Shown: positions 1 through 10,421 of the stretch, one piece after another
Position numbering within the stretch: position 1 is the first letter of the stretch
How the letters are laid out: the number at the start of each line of letters is the position of its first letter
Source of the DNA: Orbicella franksi
Lineage: Eukaryota
Assembly: GCA_964199315.1 (NCBI GenBank)
Contig: OZ116700.1
Location: 19,654,001-19,692,491 of the forward strand
Direction: 5' to 3'
Length of the DNA stretch: 38,491 nucleotides
Notes under the pieces: model-generated
What the model saw: the letters and a program-made list of their open reading frames with translations, nothing else
Databases searched by the model: none
What the model was told of the DNA's origin: nothing
Translations under genes and position numbers: made by a program

Positions 1-282
1 TTTGTAATTTCTCCTTCTCAGCATGTCACTAACTTACTTTCTTTTTTTTTTTTTTTTTTTTCTCTCTGTATTTGGGTAGCTGCACTATTGTAAACAACGC
101 ATTGTATATTCTTTAGGTATAATTAGGCTACGATTAGTAATTATAATTTGTTGTATGTAATCTATTGTAGTTATGACGTATTGTAAGTATTGTAACTAGT
201 GTTATGTCTTGTGTTGTATTGTATGTATTATAACCCAAAATGTTGAAAAAAAATAAAAATTACAAAAAAAAAAAAAAAAAAA
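1..282 (+). mobile_element. Probable 3' end of a LINE (non-LTR retrotransposon) with poly(A) tail; 5' part outside the window
   Basis: TGTA/T-rich low-complexity tract, AATAAA at 252-257 and a 19-nt A run at 264-282. No coding part is visible, so the family is not assignable. Confidence 0.45.
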
Positions 283-734
283 TTCTTAATAGGACTATAA
301 CAGTCTGCTATAAAACTTATTCGACCGTCTGTTTATAATACTTCTAGCTTTCAAGTAAACATAGAACGACTTTTTAAAATAAGTATTTCGAATGACTTCG
401 TTAGTTTCGGCGATTACAGCGAATAGAATAGCAGCTGCTAAAATACGACGTGAAAATGAGTGAGTGAAATACAATGGTAGTGCAAACAAAACGAAGAGGA
501 AAGCAAGAAATTAACATGACAAAGTTGTTCGTTTAATAAAGAGGGTTTTCCGTCGAGGATTGTAAAACAGCCTTTGGAACATGAACCTTTCAGGTGTTAG
601 CTGGTGTTAGGAGTCGGGCAAATTCTTGTCATTTGCTAAATGTTTACCCACAGGTGTAGCAAGGTGTCGGTTTCCTTCGCCAACATGACAGGCGTTACAA
701 CCTGCGCGGAACAATTTGCAAGCTACACGAGGGC

Positions 735-911
735 ATATAATGCATGGTAGGACACATTTAGCCGCTATCCCTTTCACCCCTTAAATGCTAACCGGAAGCA
801 GACAGCAGTAAATAAATGCTAACCGCAAGCAAACACATTATATAAATGCTAACGCAAGCAAACGGCAGTGAATAAAAGCAAACTATATAAGTGTCCTACC
901 ATGAATTATAT
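735..911. mobile_element. MITE-like element with ~21-bp terminal inverted repeats and internal ~30-bp tandem repeats
   Basis: ATATAATGCATGGTAGGACAC (735-755) matches the reverse complement of GTGTCCTACCATGAATTATAT (891-911) at 20/21. Three internal TAAATGCTAAC(C)G(G/C)AAGCA units lie at ~782-870. Confidence 0.65.
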
Positions 912-1335
912 TCCTACACGAGCTCGAAATGTTTTGAGTATCGCATCTTTCCCACACACCATTGCTCACGAGAGTTGTTCAACGTAGAACTGATAACAAG
1001 TTTAACCTAGCGCACTTCCGCTAGAACTAAGGTACTGAGTTGGTTGATTGTTGCCCCAACAAAATCAAGATCTTGTTCGGATTTTAAAATTTTAGAAATT
1101 TGGCAACTTTGTTACTTCTTGTAATACTTTGCGAGTACACAGTAGGGGGAGCGAGATGAAAATCGGCTTTCATTCTTGTAAGAAGGAAGAAGAAAACTGA
1201 AATTGGCCCTTTAGTTACCAGCTGAATCCGCTCTGGTTCATCTTTTCTAACATTTGAACTGGTTTCTCAACAGAGATTCGCAGCAGTAGTCTGTACATGG
1301 TAGACGATCGCGGAAGTCAATGAAAATTAAGTTCC

Positions 1336-4300
1336 ATGGAGGGAAAAACGAGTGACTTTGCAATGGCAAAATTTGAAGAGGAACAAAAACCACCCAAGCC
1401 AAATAACAAAAACCAGACCTCAGCTGAGATGTGGCGGGAGTTTGTGGATAACACGACATTGCATGGGATTCGTTATGTCTTCATGAGGCGCCATGTTCTC
1501 ATTCGTCTTCTCTGGCTTTTGTTATTGCTTTCCTCAGGTGGTTACTATGTATTTACAGTTTACAGAGCTTTTAACAAATACTACAGTCGTCCAATAAGCA
1601 CTGTATTAAGCAGGAAAAATCTCAAAGAAATGGACTTTCCAGCTGTTACGATCTGCCAACTCAACCTTTTTGCTAGAAGCAAAATTCTCATGACTGATGA
1701 CAACCCACAATTTGCATCCAGCGGTTTAAACCTCAGCTCATGCGCCGTGACCTCAGAGGTTCGAGGTCATCGGCCATGTGGGTTGTCACTGCTTTGCTGC
1801 TGTGCGCCCATTTCTGAAGAAAAGGCTCTTGTTTTACCAAACTGCACAAGACAATATCGACAAGATCTCTTAGCTGTCATGCAGACATCAGGTCATCAGC
1901 CCAATATCGAAGAATTGTATCAGTACTACAGCCAGAACATAAGTGAATTCGCTAGAACCTGGTGCACGTTTGGCTGGCAAGAGACGGAATGTTCAGCAAA
2001 AGACTTCGTTCCCGTGGTAACTCCATGGGGGATGTGTTATACCTTTAACTCAGGTATTGATGGTAAGGTAAAATCAGTGAATACCGCTGGGGTTTCCTCC
2101 GGTTTGACTCTGATTCTCGACACACAGACATATGAGTATACTCAAGGAAAGTTTTCTGAAGGATTTAAGGTGTTGATTCATGGACAAGGTGAATATTTCG
2201 ATGAATGGGAAGGAATCAATGTAGGACCAGGACAGCACGCCTTTATTGCTCTCTCACAGAAAAGGGTATGTTTGCAATCCTTTGTTATTTATAACAGTTA
2301 TTGACCAATCATAGCAAGAGTTTAGCAATGCGAATAGAGTGACCTGTAAAAGTTGTTTGTCATGCCCTGAATTCGGTTCCAATTTCTTTGCTCTAGGGCC
2401 TAAAATCACTTCTGTCGCTGTCTTTTGTGGTTGGTTTCGGAATAATTTCAATCTCTTGGTAAAACGTTATTTTGGGGTCTGTGTTTACTTTGTTTACTCC
2501 ATGCACGGTTAAAAATTACTTTTGTCTGTGCATATTTAAATTTGTAGTAAGACGCTAGATCGTATTTGTTCTGGATTTGTGACTTATTTTCACGCAGGTT
2601 TCAAAATTATTTTGGTCGTCATTATTCTTAATGGTTGACTTAACTTGTTTTTGTACAGTTTGAGAATTTGGAAAAGCCATACGCCACCAACTGCACGAGA
2701 AAAACGTTGAAAACCTTTTCTACTTACACACCAGAAGGATGCCTCCATGAATGTGGAGCAGAAGAAACTATAAACAAGTGTAAATGTCGAATCGCGGGCT
2801 ATAAAGGTAATGTATATGTGAGACATGTAGTAATGTTGAGTCTAGTCCACTGAAAAATTAACACCATATGGAATCTCCCTCAAAAACATTTATATATCGA
2901 ATATCGCTGCATACAAAAGGCTACGAAAAGTAACCCGCTTCCGTAACTGTTTAGCAGAACTAGGCTGTTGCAAATGGTTGTTAGTTTATTTTAGTTTTTA
3001 TTCGTTTTTCTTTTTGAGGTTCTCCCGAGATTCGCACCTGCACATCACCCGAAGACGAGACCTGCAATTACGAGATAGACGGTGAGCAACAACTGCGATT
3101 ACATGTCGAGGAAAAGGTTGTTGCTATTCATCGTGGTAGATGCAATAATAAAGTGTATTATCGTTTGTCTCACGATGTAGCAGCAGGCGACAAGGTCGAC
3201 TGATTGCACGGTATCATTTATATCACAAAGGTCGGCTGTGATTGGTGCATTTCGATCCTCCTATTGTTCCATTGTTCCGGCGAGTAGCTGTTCCCTCAGT
3301 GGTCCGCTGTCGTACCGTTCTCCTGTTGTTGTGTATTTTGGCCGGTCTCGTGGGTCTCACCCACGAGACCGACCACTATCCTATCTGGAATGAGGTCAAG
3401 TTTATTGATCGAGATCCTCACTCGTACACACGTAGGGTCAAGGAAGGTATTCACATGAGACTTCACCCTAATAACATCAACAGGGATAGTGGAATTGAAA
3501 TTCCACTAAAACAGCAGACCACTGAGGGAACAGCTAATCGCCGGAACAATGGAACAATAGGAGGATCGAAATGCACCAATCATAGCCGACCTTTGTGATA
3601 TAAATGATACCGTGCAATCAGTCGACCTTATCGCCTGAAGAAGACTAGCAGTAAGCAGTCGAAAAGTCGCGATCTACATCTCAAGAAACAATGATTTTTC
3701 AACGTGCATGTTCTGATAACGAGACGAATCAGGCTATTCTCTATTTCAAGAAAATTTCTTGCTTCATAGGCCTGGGCAAGTCCGCAAAGCATCGTAGTGC
3801 TTCTTGTGAACTTAAAAACGCGTTTTTCTACCAGTGTTGAAATGGGAAATTGCTGAGAAATTCAAGAAAGTCTGCACTTGTAAAGTCTGAACAATGAAAT
3901 AGTCAAGACAGATTTGAAGCAATTAATTCAAAAGTTTGCCTTTCCGAATATTCCCTTGAGAAATAAGCAAGATGAAATGCGTGTGATCTCTAGATGGATA
4001 TACTAGTGATGATGTCTTTTTCTGCGCAGCATCTTTAGACGAGGACATCTGTGATTGCCAAGTTCCCTGTGCTCAGACTAGGTACAATACTGAAGTATCT
4101 TATTCAAGGTTCCCCGACACTGGCACCGCTAATGCACTTATACTGGATGGCTACTATGACAACGAGCAGTACCAAAGGTAGTGTGATTTGTCCTCGATGT
4201 ATGTCAATCCTGTTTGTGTAACTTTTATAGAGAAGTAAGTCATAGATGAAAGGTCCGCATACTATACTCAGCGGAGCATGATACGACGTTGAGTTATTTC

Positions 4301-5030
4301 AGTCAATTTTCAATTTCATTTGATTTTCATCCTTATAAAATTATCAAAGATAGTGGTCGGTATTTACTAAATTAATAACGTGGTTTAAACTACCTTTTCC
4401 AAAATAAGGCCCATAACATATGATAAATATCGCACATTTTGTTATTCATTCATTATTCTCACTTCTCAGGGATAATCTGGTGCTGTTACAAGTGGGATTC
4501 AAGTCACTGAGTTATGAGATGCAAAAACAGGAACCAGCTTACGATAGCAACTCCTTGTTTGGTAAGAAACGTTATTTTGTGCAAGATTATAGTACAGACA
4601 GATTTTTACAACACCACCCTCTCGTTAACGCTATCTGTTTCCTATACACTTTCTAATTCAACTAAATGCGGAATGACAAATGACTGATTTGTAAGTATAG
4701 CGCTTTTTGTAAGTGATTGTTAAACGATTGAATGATGTACAAATGGCTTGCTACTGAAACCTATGACAAACAAACAAAAAACTGACTTCTTTTTAGGTCT
4801 TTACACATCCAGAGCACGTGATTAACCATGCTGATCTTTCACACCCTTACGTAATTCTGTTAAAGTTGATATTATCTTTAAAGGTTTTTGTTTTCTTTCC
4901 TTCTGTAGGTGAGATCGGAGGTAACATGGGATTGTTTCTGGGATGCAGCCTTCTGACCATTTGTGAATTTTTCGACTTTCTCGTCAGTTTCCTAGCCTCA
5001 AGAAACCGTCAAACTACTCATCCAGTATGA
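1336..5030 (+). CDS. DEG/ENaC family (ASIC/NaC-like) amiloride-sensitive cation channel subunit, ~500 aa, 6 coding exons: 1336-2265, 2659-2806, 3019-3081, 4030-4177, 4470-4561, 4909-5030
   Basis: Pre-TM1 TTLHG motif, TM1 (LLWLLLLLSSGGYYVFTVY), FPAVTIC, GMCYTFN, Cys-rich thumb (CLHEC..CKC; CTSPEDETC; CDCQVPC), TM2 GEIGGNMGLFLGCSLLTICEFFDF. All five introns are GT-AG with matching phases (0,1,1,2,1); total CDS 1503 nt. Confidence 0.95.
3184..3680 (+). mobile_element. 5'-truncated Penelope-like element (GIY-YIG C-terminus plus pLTR) with an inverted pLTR copy, in intron 3 of the DEG/ENaC gene
   Basis: Translation HETDHYPIWNEVKFIDRDPHSYTRRVKEGIHMRLHPNNINRDSGIEIP resembles the C-terminus of Penelope GIY-YIG endonucleases. 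127-bp inverted repeat 3184-3310 / 3511-3637 with 4 mismatches. Junction hairpin at 3344-3370. Confidence 0.85.
3631..3672 (+). ncRNA. Minimal type I hammerhead ribozyme in a Penelope pLTR (stem III slightly degenerate)
   Basis: TCGC-CTGAAGA-A-GACT(A)GC agtaa GCAGTC-GAAA-AG-TC-GCGA: stem I TCGC/GCGA, core CUGANGA and GAAA, stem II hairpin, UC cleavage site. Stem III reads AAGU rather than a palindrome such as ACGU. Confidence 0.75.
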
Positions 5031-5867
5031 CTTCACGCACCCAGAACACCGAAAAGGGCTCTGGTTTAAATTGCAACAGTCAGGTTCTTTAAGCGAATAA
5101 AGGACAAAGTGAAGCATTTATTACTCAGGATTATACCATTGCTCAGTTTATGAATTCATTACAGTTCATTACGTTTTTATAAAAGAGAACAACCTTTGAT
5201 ATATGAAACTAACGTTACATAACGCGTATTTAACAATTCGCTTTACATCTGTAAGTCGTTTATTTCACTAGTTTCTATTATTTTAGTTCGAAGTTGTAAT
5301 CCAGTTGTTACGTAATAAGAAAAGTTGCAGACGGTTTCATCTGTTTAATACAATTTAAATATTCTCCTATTTTATAGATCGATGTTTTGGAAGACTTCAG
5401 TTTCCTCCAACTTAATTGCTAGCCTGAATTTGAGTTCTTTACAACATTTCTAGAATATTCACTTTATTTAGTTTGTTGTACGGCTTGTTCTTTGTCCCTA
5501 CATACATTGCAAAGCTATTTTGCTCTTTACTCCCTCTCATACTGTCATTATATTATTTCTCAACGAATCACATTTAATCATTTAACTCGGATTACAATAG
5601 AGTACAATATAGATAGATAATCACATAACGAAACTTGCGTATGTAAGGCTAGCCATTGTAAAATTCTCACACTTTTTATAATCACATTAAAAATAAAAAA
5701 AGATTTATTAATGAGTGTGTGGATAGCATGTACGGACAGCAGATCGCACAAATGGAGTAAGAATAAAGTGTTGCTTGGCATTTCTTTGCATTGTATTGTA
5801 CCAAATACCAATACCATTGCAAAAAAAATATATGGTAACATCAAGGGGTTGTTTCACTGCTTTTTAA

Positions 5868-6250
5868 AGGGACACTGTCACGATATATTTGCTTAAAACT
5901 GTCATAAATTTACCTAAATTTATGTAACAAGAACTTGATTAGCTCTAACTAAATGATGAAAAGAAATTTCTTGAAGAAAGTACACACTGCAGCAACATTT
6001 TTGCAAAATTTCAACGATTTTCGAGCCAAGCTTGAACTTTTGAAAAACTGCCATCCTGACACTTTTTCAAAAATCCATATCGCAATCCGTTTCCATCCTC
6101 GCCATCGTTAGTCATCCTCACTTCCTAATGGGTTTTAATCATTTGTCGAGCACTGCTCTGCAAAATAAAACCATCATTGCTCAGCTTCCATTCATCGACA
6201 TATGTTTTTGAGACTTCCGAAATCATGCTAAAAGTGGTGACAGTGTCCCT
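5868..6250. mobile_element. Non-autonomous Kolobok-like DNA transposon (MITE), 383 bp
   Basis: Perfect 14-bp TIRs AGGGACACTGTCAC (5868-5881) / GTGACAGTGTCCCT (6237-6250), flanked by TTAA on both sides (5864-5867, 6251-6254). Confidence 0.85.
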
Positions 6251-6498
6251 TTAATCACAGATGTCATTCAGAGGGTTAAATTATCGGATATGGCCGATTT
6301 GCTGTTTTTAACTAACCTGGCAAAGTTCGTTCTTGTCTTTGTAACCTAGCAGACTCCATGACTCTATTAGCCGGCGAGCCCACGGAGATCTACTGATGCA
6401 CGAGTATGAAATGGCTCCTGGCTAAATTGACACGTACGGCGTATACAAAGAGCATTGAGACTTCCCATGTGATGTAAAATGCGTTTTTAAGAACCTAC

Positions 6499-6550
<52 letters not shown>

Positions 6551-6561
6551 CATTATTATTA
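6499..6561. repeat. (ATT)n microsatellite
   Basis: About 20 near-perfect ATT units. Confidence 0.95.
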
Positions 6562-6789
6562 GCCTCAAAAGAGAAAGGAAATTGAGGCAATTAATATATC
6601 GCCAAACTGATAAGAAACGGCAGATCTAGGGGCAGATCTTTGTTTAAAACTGAAGAGGGCATTGAGATTGTAATTCATCATTACATGACCATCTCGGTGT
6701 GCAAACTGCTTCTATCCTTGTAGAACATTTACCTTGTATAACGGCCCTCTGCCACGACAGCATTTGGGAAGCAGCACAGCTAGTAAACA

Positions 6790-7075
6790 GAAACCTTAAA
6801 AAGTGCGGAACAGTCTATCACATCCATTGCGAACAATGTGACCAAGAAAATGTTGGCGAAACCTCTTGTTTATTAGAAGCTTGAGTAGAGGACCATCTTT
6901 CGAGGAATTAGTCGGCTGTTCATGATGAACATTGCCAGCTTACGGAACATCCAGTGGATTCTAGCGAGCCAAAAGTTCTGCCACGGAAAGCAACACGTTC
7001 AAACGTCGCATAAGGGAGGCAATCGAGATCCGATTACGAAAGCCCTCTTTGAGCAGAGACAATGGTTTCGAATTA
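6790..7075 (+). mobile_element. Degenerate Penelope-like element, GIY-YIG endonuclease relic
   Basis: KKCGTVYHIHCEQCDQENVGETSCLLEA*VEDH, then with frameshifts SAVH..H...H.VD and VLATESNTFKRRIREAIEIRLRKPSLSRDNGFEL, match the VYxIxC..C...YVGET.R.L..R..EH and EAIEI..LNRD motifs of PLE endonucleases. Contains stops and frameshifts. Confidence 0.8.
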
Positions 7076-7157
7076 CCCAACATCTGTGACACCATTTTAG
7101 CTCCCTCGAGACAATACTGAACATCATATAACCCTTCTTAACATTCAAATTTTTATT

Positions 7158-7198
7158 GTGGCTGACGAAGTTCGGAGGAACCGAACTAAATATCCTAC
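7158..7198 (+). ncRNA. Degenerate minimal hammerhead ribozyme (G12 to U) downstream of the PLE relic
   Basis: GTGG-CTGACGA-A-GTTCGG aggaa CCGAAC-TAAA-TA-TC-CTAC: perfect 6-bp stem II, palindromic ATAT stem III, stem I GTGG/CTAC with one G-U pair. The core GAAA reads TAAA. Confidence 0.55.
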
Positions 7199-7672
7199 TT
7201 TTTAATAAGATTTTTAATTGCGCTCTCAGTGCAGAGTGTTTTTTTTTATATATTCTAACACTGATTTTGAACAGAGTTATCAGACTCGACGTTCATGCAC
7301 GATTGTTGCTATGGAGGCAACAAGTTATGTCTCAAATAGCGGTGTAGTGGGAAGAGCTTTTAAACTCTGACTGTTTTGCAAACAGTTTACTTTGAATTCA
7401 TGTGTAAGCGAAGAATAAATGCTAAATTAAAAGCCCCGAGAATGTTACGTCTTGAGCTTTGCCAATGACTGGTAATCGAATCACCATGGTTTAGCTCCCC
7501 TCACTAGGAACATAAAAAGTTAGTTTTATATGTTAACTTTGCTTTGCTTTCCAAAGCTTGTCATCTCAACGAATTGAAAGGTTTGTGGACAAGAGTGATT
7601 TCGTGTGATTTAAATGCTCTTGGTAGGCGCTCCGAAGTGCCCTTGATGTATGGCACTGGAGCATACTCAGTA

Positions 7673-8509
7673 TTAGTCTAGCAATGGTTTTGTGAAATAA
7701 CAGTGAGATGTTATGTTTTCATTCCAATTTGTAGGATAGATATATCGTAATATTTCCAGTCCTCCTCGTGGCACAGGAATATCCACCCTTCCGAAGCGAA
7801 CTTTGGGGAGAGCAGGTGCCAAAAACGACGACGGGAAAGAATGATATTTTTTGTAATTTATGAAAAACAACCAAGACCACAACCCTGTACGCTGAACTAT
7901 GCCATTGCAGTTATAAAAGGTATAAACTTTGACCACAAGATCTTTGAACGGGTTCCTACGAAAATTCATTGAACCTTTGATAAACAAACGTTCTTTGTTG
8001 CCCGAAACAATGAAACCTGCAGATTTAAATGGTGCTAAAAATTTACGCCACGTTTTATCAGTAAAAGCTCGGTTTGCGAGAATACCAATGTCAACAGAGT
8101 TTCCGCTCATTAAAGGATATTTTAAACGGCGCATCTCCCAAAGCGTTCCGTAAAAGAGCCAATGAACAATGTGCATTTCATCTAAAATTTGAGACACTTG
8201 GTTTGTGATGTTCATCAGATGTCTCCTACCTGCAGAACCAACGCCACACTTTTCTTTACTTTCCCATGGCCGACTTTCGACGAAGAAAGTTGAGTTTAAA
8301 TTTACATGAAGATACACCATAACAAGTAGTACAATACAGCCTAGTATGAGAAGTCGTCGCCAAGATCCAAAAAGCCTCCAACCCGTTTGTTTAACAAGTC
8401 GTGCGGCGTGTAGCAGGGGACATTTACCTGTTGCCATAACTAAAATTCTTCCTCTCATAACAAGGTCCTTTTGTTTACCAGAGATCCATAAACCATTGTA
8501 TTGTACCAT
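7673..8509 (-). CDS. LicD/FKRP-like nucleotidyltransferase-fold protein, type II membrane topology, single coding exon, 278 aa; predicted catalytically impaired
   Basis: N-terminal TM (LLILGCIVLLVMVYLHVNL). HWLFYGTLWEMRRLKYPLMSGNSVDIG aligns without gaps to the GS/TLxG.LR....PWDxDxDIG motif. C-terminal HSFP..L...LP...FG...PVPR.G.EIL.Y.YP..W is typical of animal LicD-like proteins. Confidence 0.8.
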   Translation of the reverse strand: MVQYNGLWISGKQKDLVMRGRILVMATGKCPLLHAARLVKQTGWRLFGSWRRLLILGCIVLLVMVYLHVNLNSTFFVESRPWESKEKCGVGSAGRRHLMNITNQVSQILDEMHIVHWLFYGTLWEMRRLKYPLMSGNSVDIGILANRAFTDKTWRKFLAPFKSAGFIVSGNKERLFIKGSMNFRRNPFKDLVVKVYTFYNCNGIVQRTGLWSWLFFINYKKYHSFPSSFLAPALPKVRFGRVDIPVPRGGLEILRYIYPTNWNENITSHCYFTKPLLD

Positions 8510-10421
8510 CGCTACTCAATTTAGGGCAGTGTTGTATGTATATTTGGGCAGGAAAAGTTAGAAGCTGAATTTCGGCAGCATGACAGGTCGCCTAGACCAG
8601 AGTGCACCGAGAGCACTAGGTCAAGCGCTTTCCTCGTTCCAGAGCCCTCTCTTAGATTAGGTATGTCCGGCGCTCTGATGAAATCTTTACATACAGGTTC
8701 CTTCGGTGGTCTAGTATTCGTTTTATTTCCCTGTTTATTCTGGTGAAACTGACCTGCATTTCCAGGTTGAGACTCGATTGAGACTGCCTTTCCACCGGCG
8801 GATGCGAAATCACTGACCAGAATGAAAATGGGTTACAGCGATGTCTGAAAAAAGAACTGAGAATAGTAATTTGCGATTACAGTTGAACTGACATTTGTAT
8901 TATTATGAGTAGTTACTAATTAGCCACTGAATGGCTGATAATAACAGAAACGGCGCTAATAAAGAATCTCGCAAAATTCACATCAGCGCAAATTTTAGCT
9001 ACTCAAGTAGGGTCCCTATACTGGACAGGGAGGTTATTTCGTCTTTTTTTTAGCTTTAAATAATTTGCACCACGATTGACGCTACAAACAAAGTAAGCTT
9101 TCATATATTTTCAATCTCTTTGCTTGGAAACGTTGAGCGATTCCAAAAAATATCTTGATTTTGGACTGGGCATACATTGGAATCCATAAGAGATCTTAGC
9201 GATTTTATGTTATGCTTTAAGCTCTGAAATTGTCATTTCCGAAAAAAAGATAAAATACATTTCCTGGTGAATCTGTGAATGCTTCTTTGTTCCTTTCGTC
9301 TATCTCAATCGATCTTAATCAGGTTTTATATTCACAATCTTTACTTCCGCTACCAGAAGGCTTTGCAAGCTTTTTACCACAAGAAACCTTTGCGCGTATG
9401 ACATCATAACCAATCCTTACAGCGAAGGGGTCTGACGGTTTGTAAACCGGCATTCTTCAAATTCCTCTCCACGTTTTGTCCAACTCAATTTATTTGATTT
9501 GATTTCACAAAGACCATGCTGAATCGGGTATGGTTAGTTCCCTCTTAAATCGGTAAAAAGTAGTCGAATGAGTCAAATTAATTATTGAGGTATTACACTA
9601 AAATGGAGCGTGAAATAGCTTGTGCGCAAGCGCGCATTCCAGTAAAAGTTTTAAAAAACGCTTTAGCATTCTGTAGTTGTAAATATGTTTTATTCATAAT
9701 TTTATCGTAAATATACACCAACGGGCTTGACGGGAGCGTGCGGAAAGTGAAGTCTGCAAATTTGATTGAAGTCTGTAAATTATTAAAAAAGGAATAAAGT
9801 TTTGTTGTTTTTTTTGTTGTTGTTGTTCTTGTTGTTTTGAAGGTTGATAGACTATATAATTTCGGGCTTTGTAATGTAATTTCAATATACCAATGGAATA
9901 CATTTTAACTCCAGACATTTGCAATGACATTTTTACATAACTATTGAGTGAGCACTTATTTATATTTACCTCATAGAAAAAAAGGAAGGAAGCGTGGAAC
10001 TTCATTTGGAAACTCTGGTGAAGTTTTTCTTTTTCTTGTTTCACTTTTATCATCAGAGATCTGGCTGTTCATATAAAGCCTAACGCATGCGATTGTCTAT
10101 ACAGTTTCTAATCAAATTAATCTCGCTTCTAACATCAGGCGCTGTATACATTTGAGACTCCTATTGGTTTCTGGCTTGGACAGTGAACGCTTTTGTCATT
10201 GAAATTTTCGGCAAATTTCGCCCGAGATTTTTACCTCAAATATTCAGAACCTCCGTAATCACGCATGGCTTCCGGTACTACTATTGTACAGATACCACTG
10301 GCACGTAACACGCGACATTTTGGCGGGTCTCATATCCAATGGTGCATATCGTAACAAGCCCGCCGCAACGTATGGCTAGAAAGCGAGGACAGATTGCTGC
10401 TGGCGTGGATTTTAACAAAAC

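Noticed and set aside
3242-3598. 118-aa ORF as a nested gene
   Set aside because: A chimera of the inverted pLTR arm and a deleted GIY-YIG tail, starting at a non-ATG codon.
5010-5030. PDZ-binding motif at the channel C-terminus (THPV)
   Set aside because: Position -2 is His, which fits neither class I nor class II consensus.
7929-8561. Plus-strand ORFs 7929-8153 and 8346-8561
   Set aside because: Antisense shadows of the LicD-like CDS, with no motifs.
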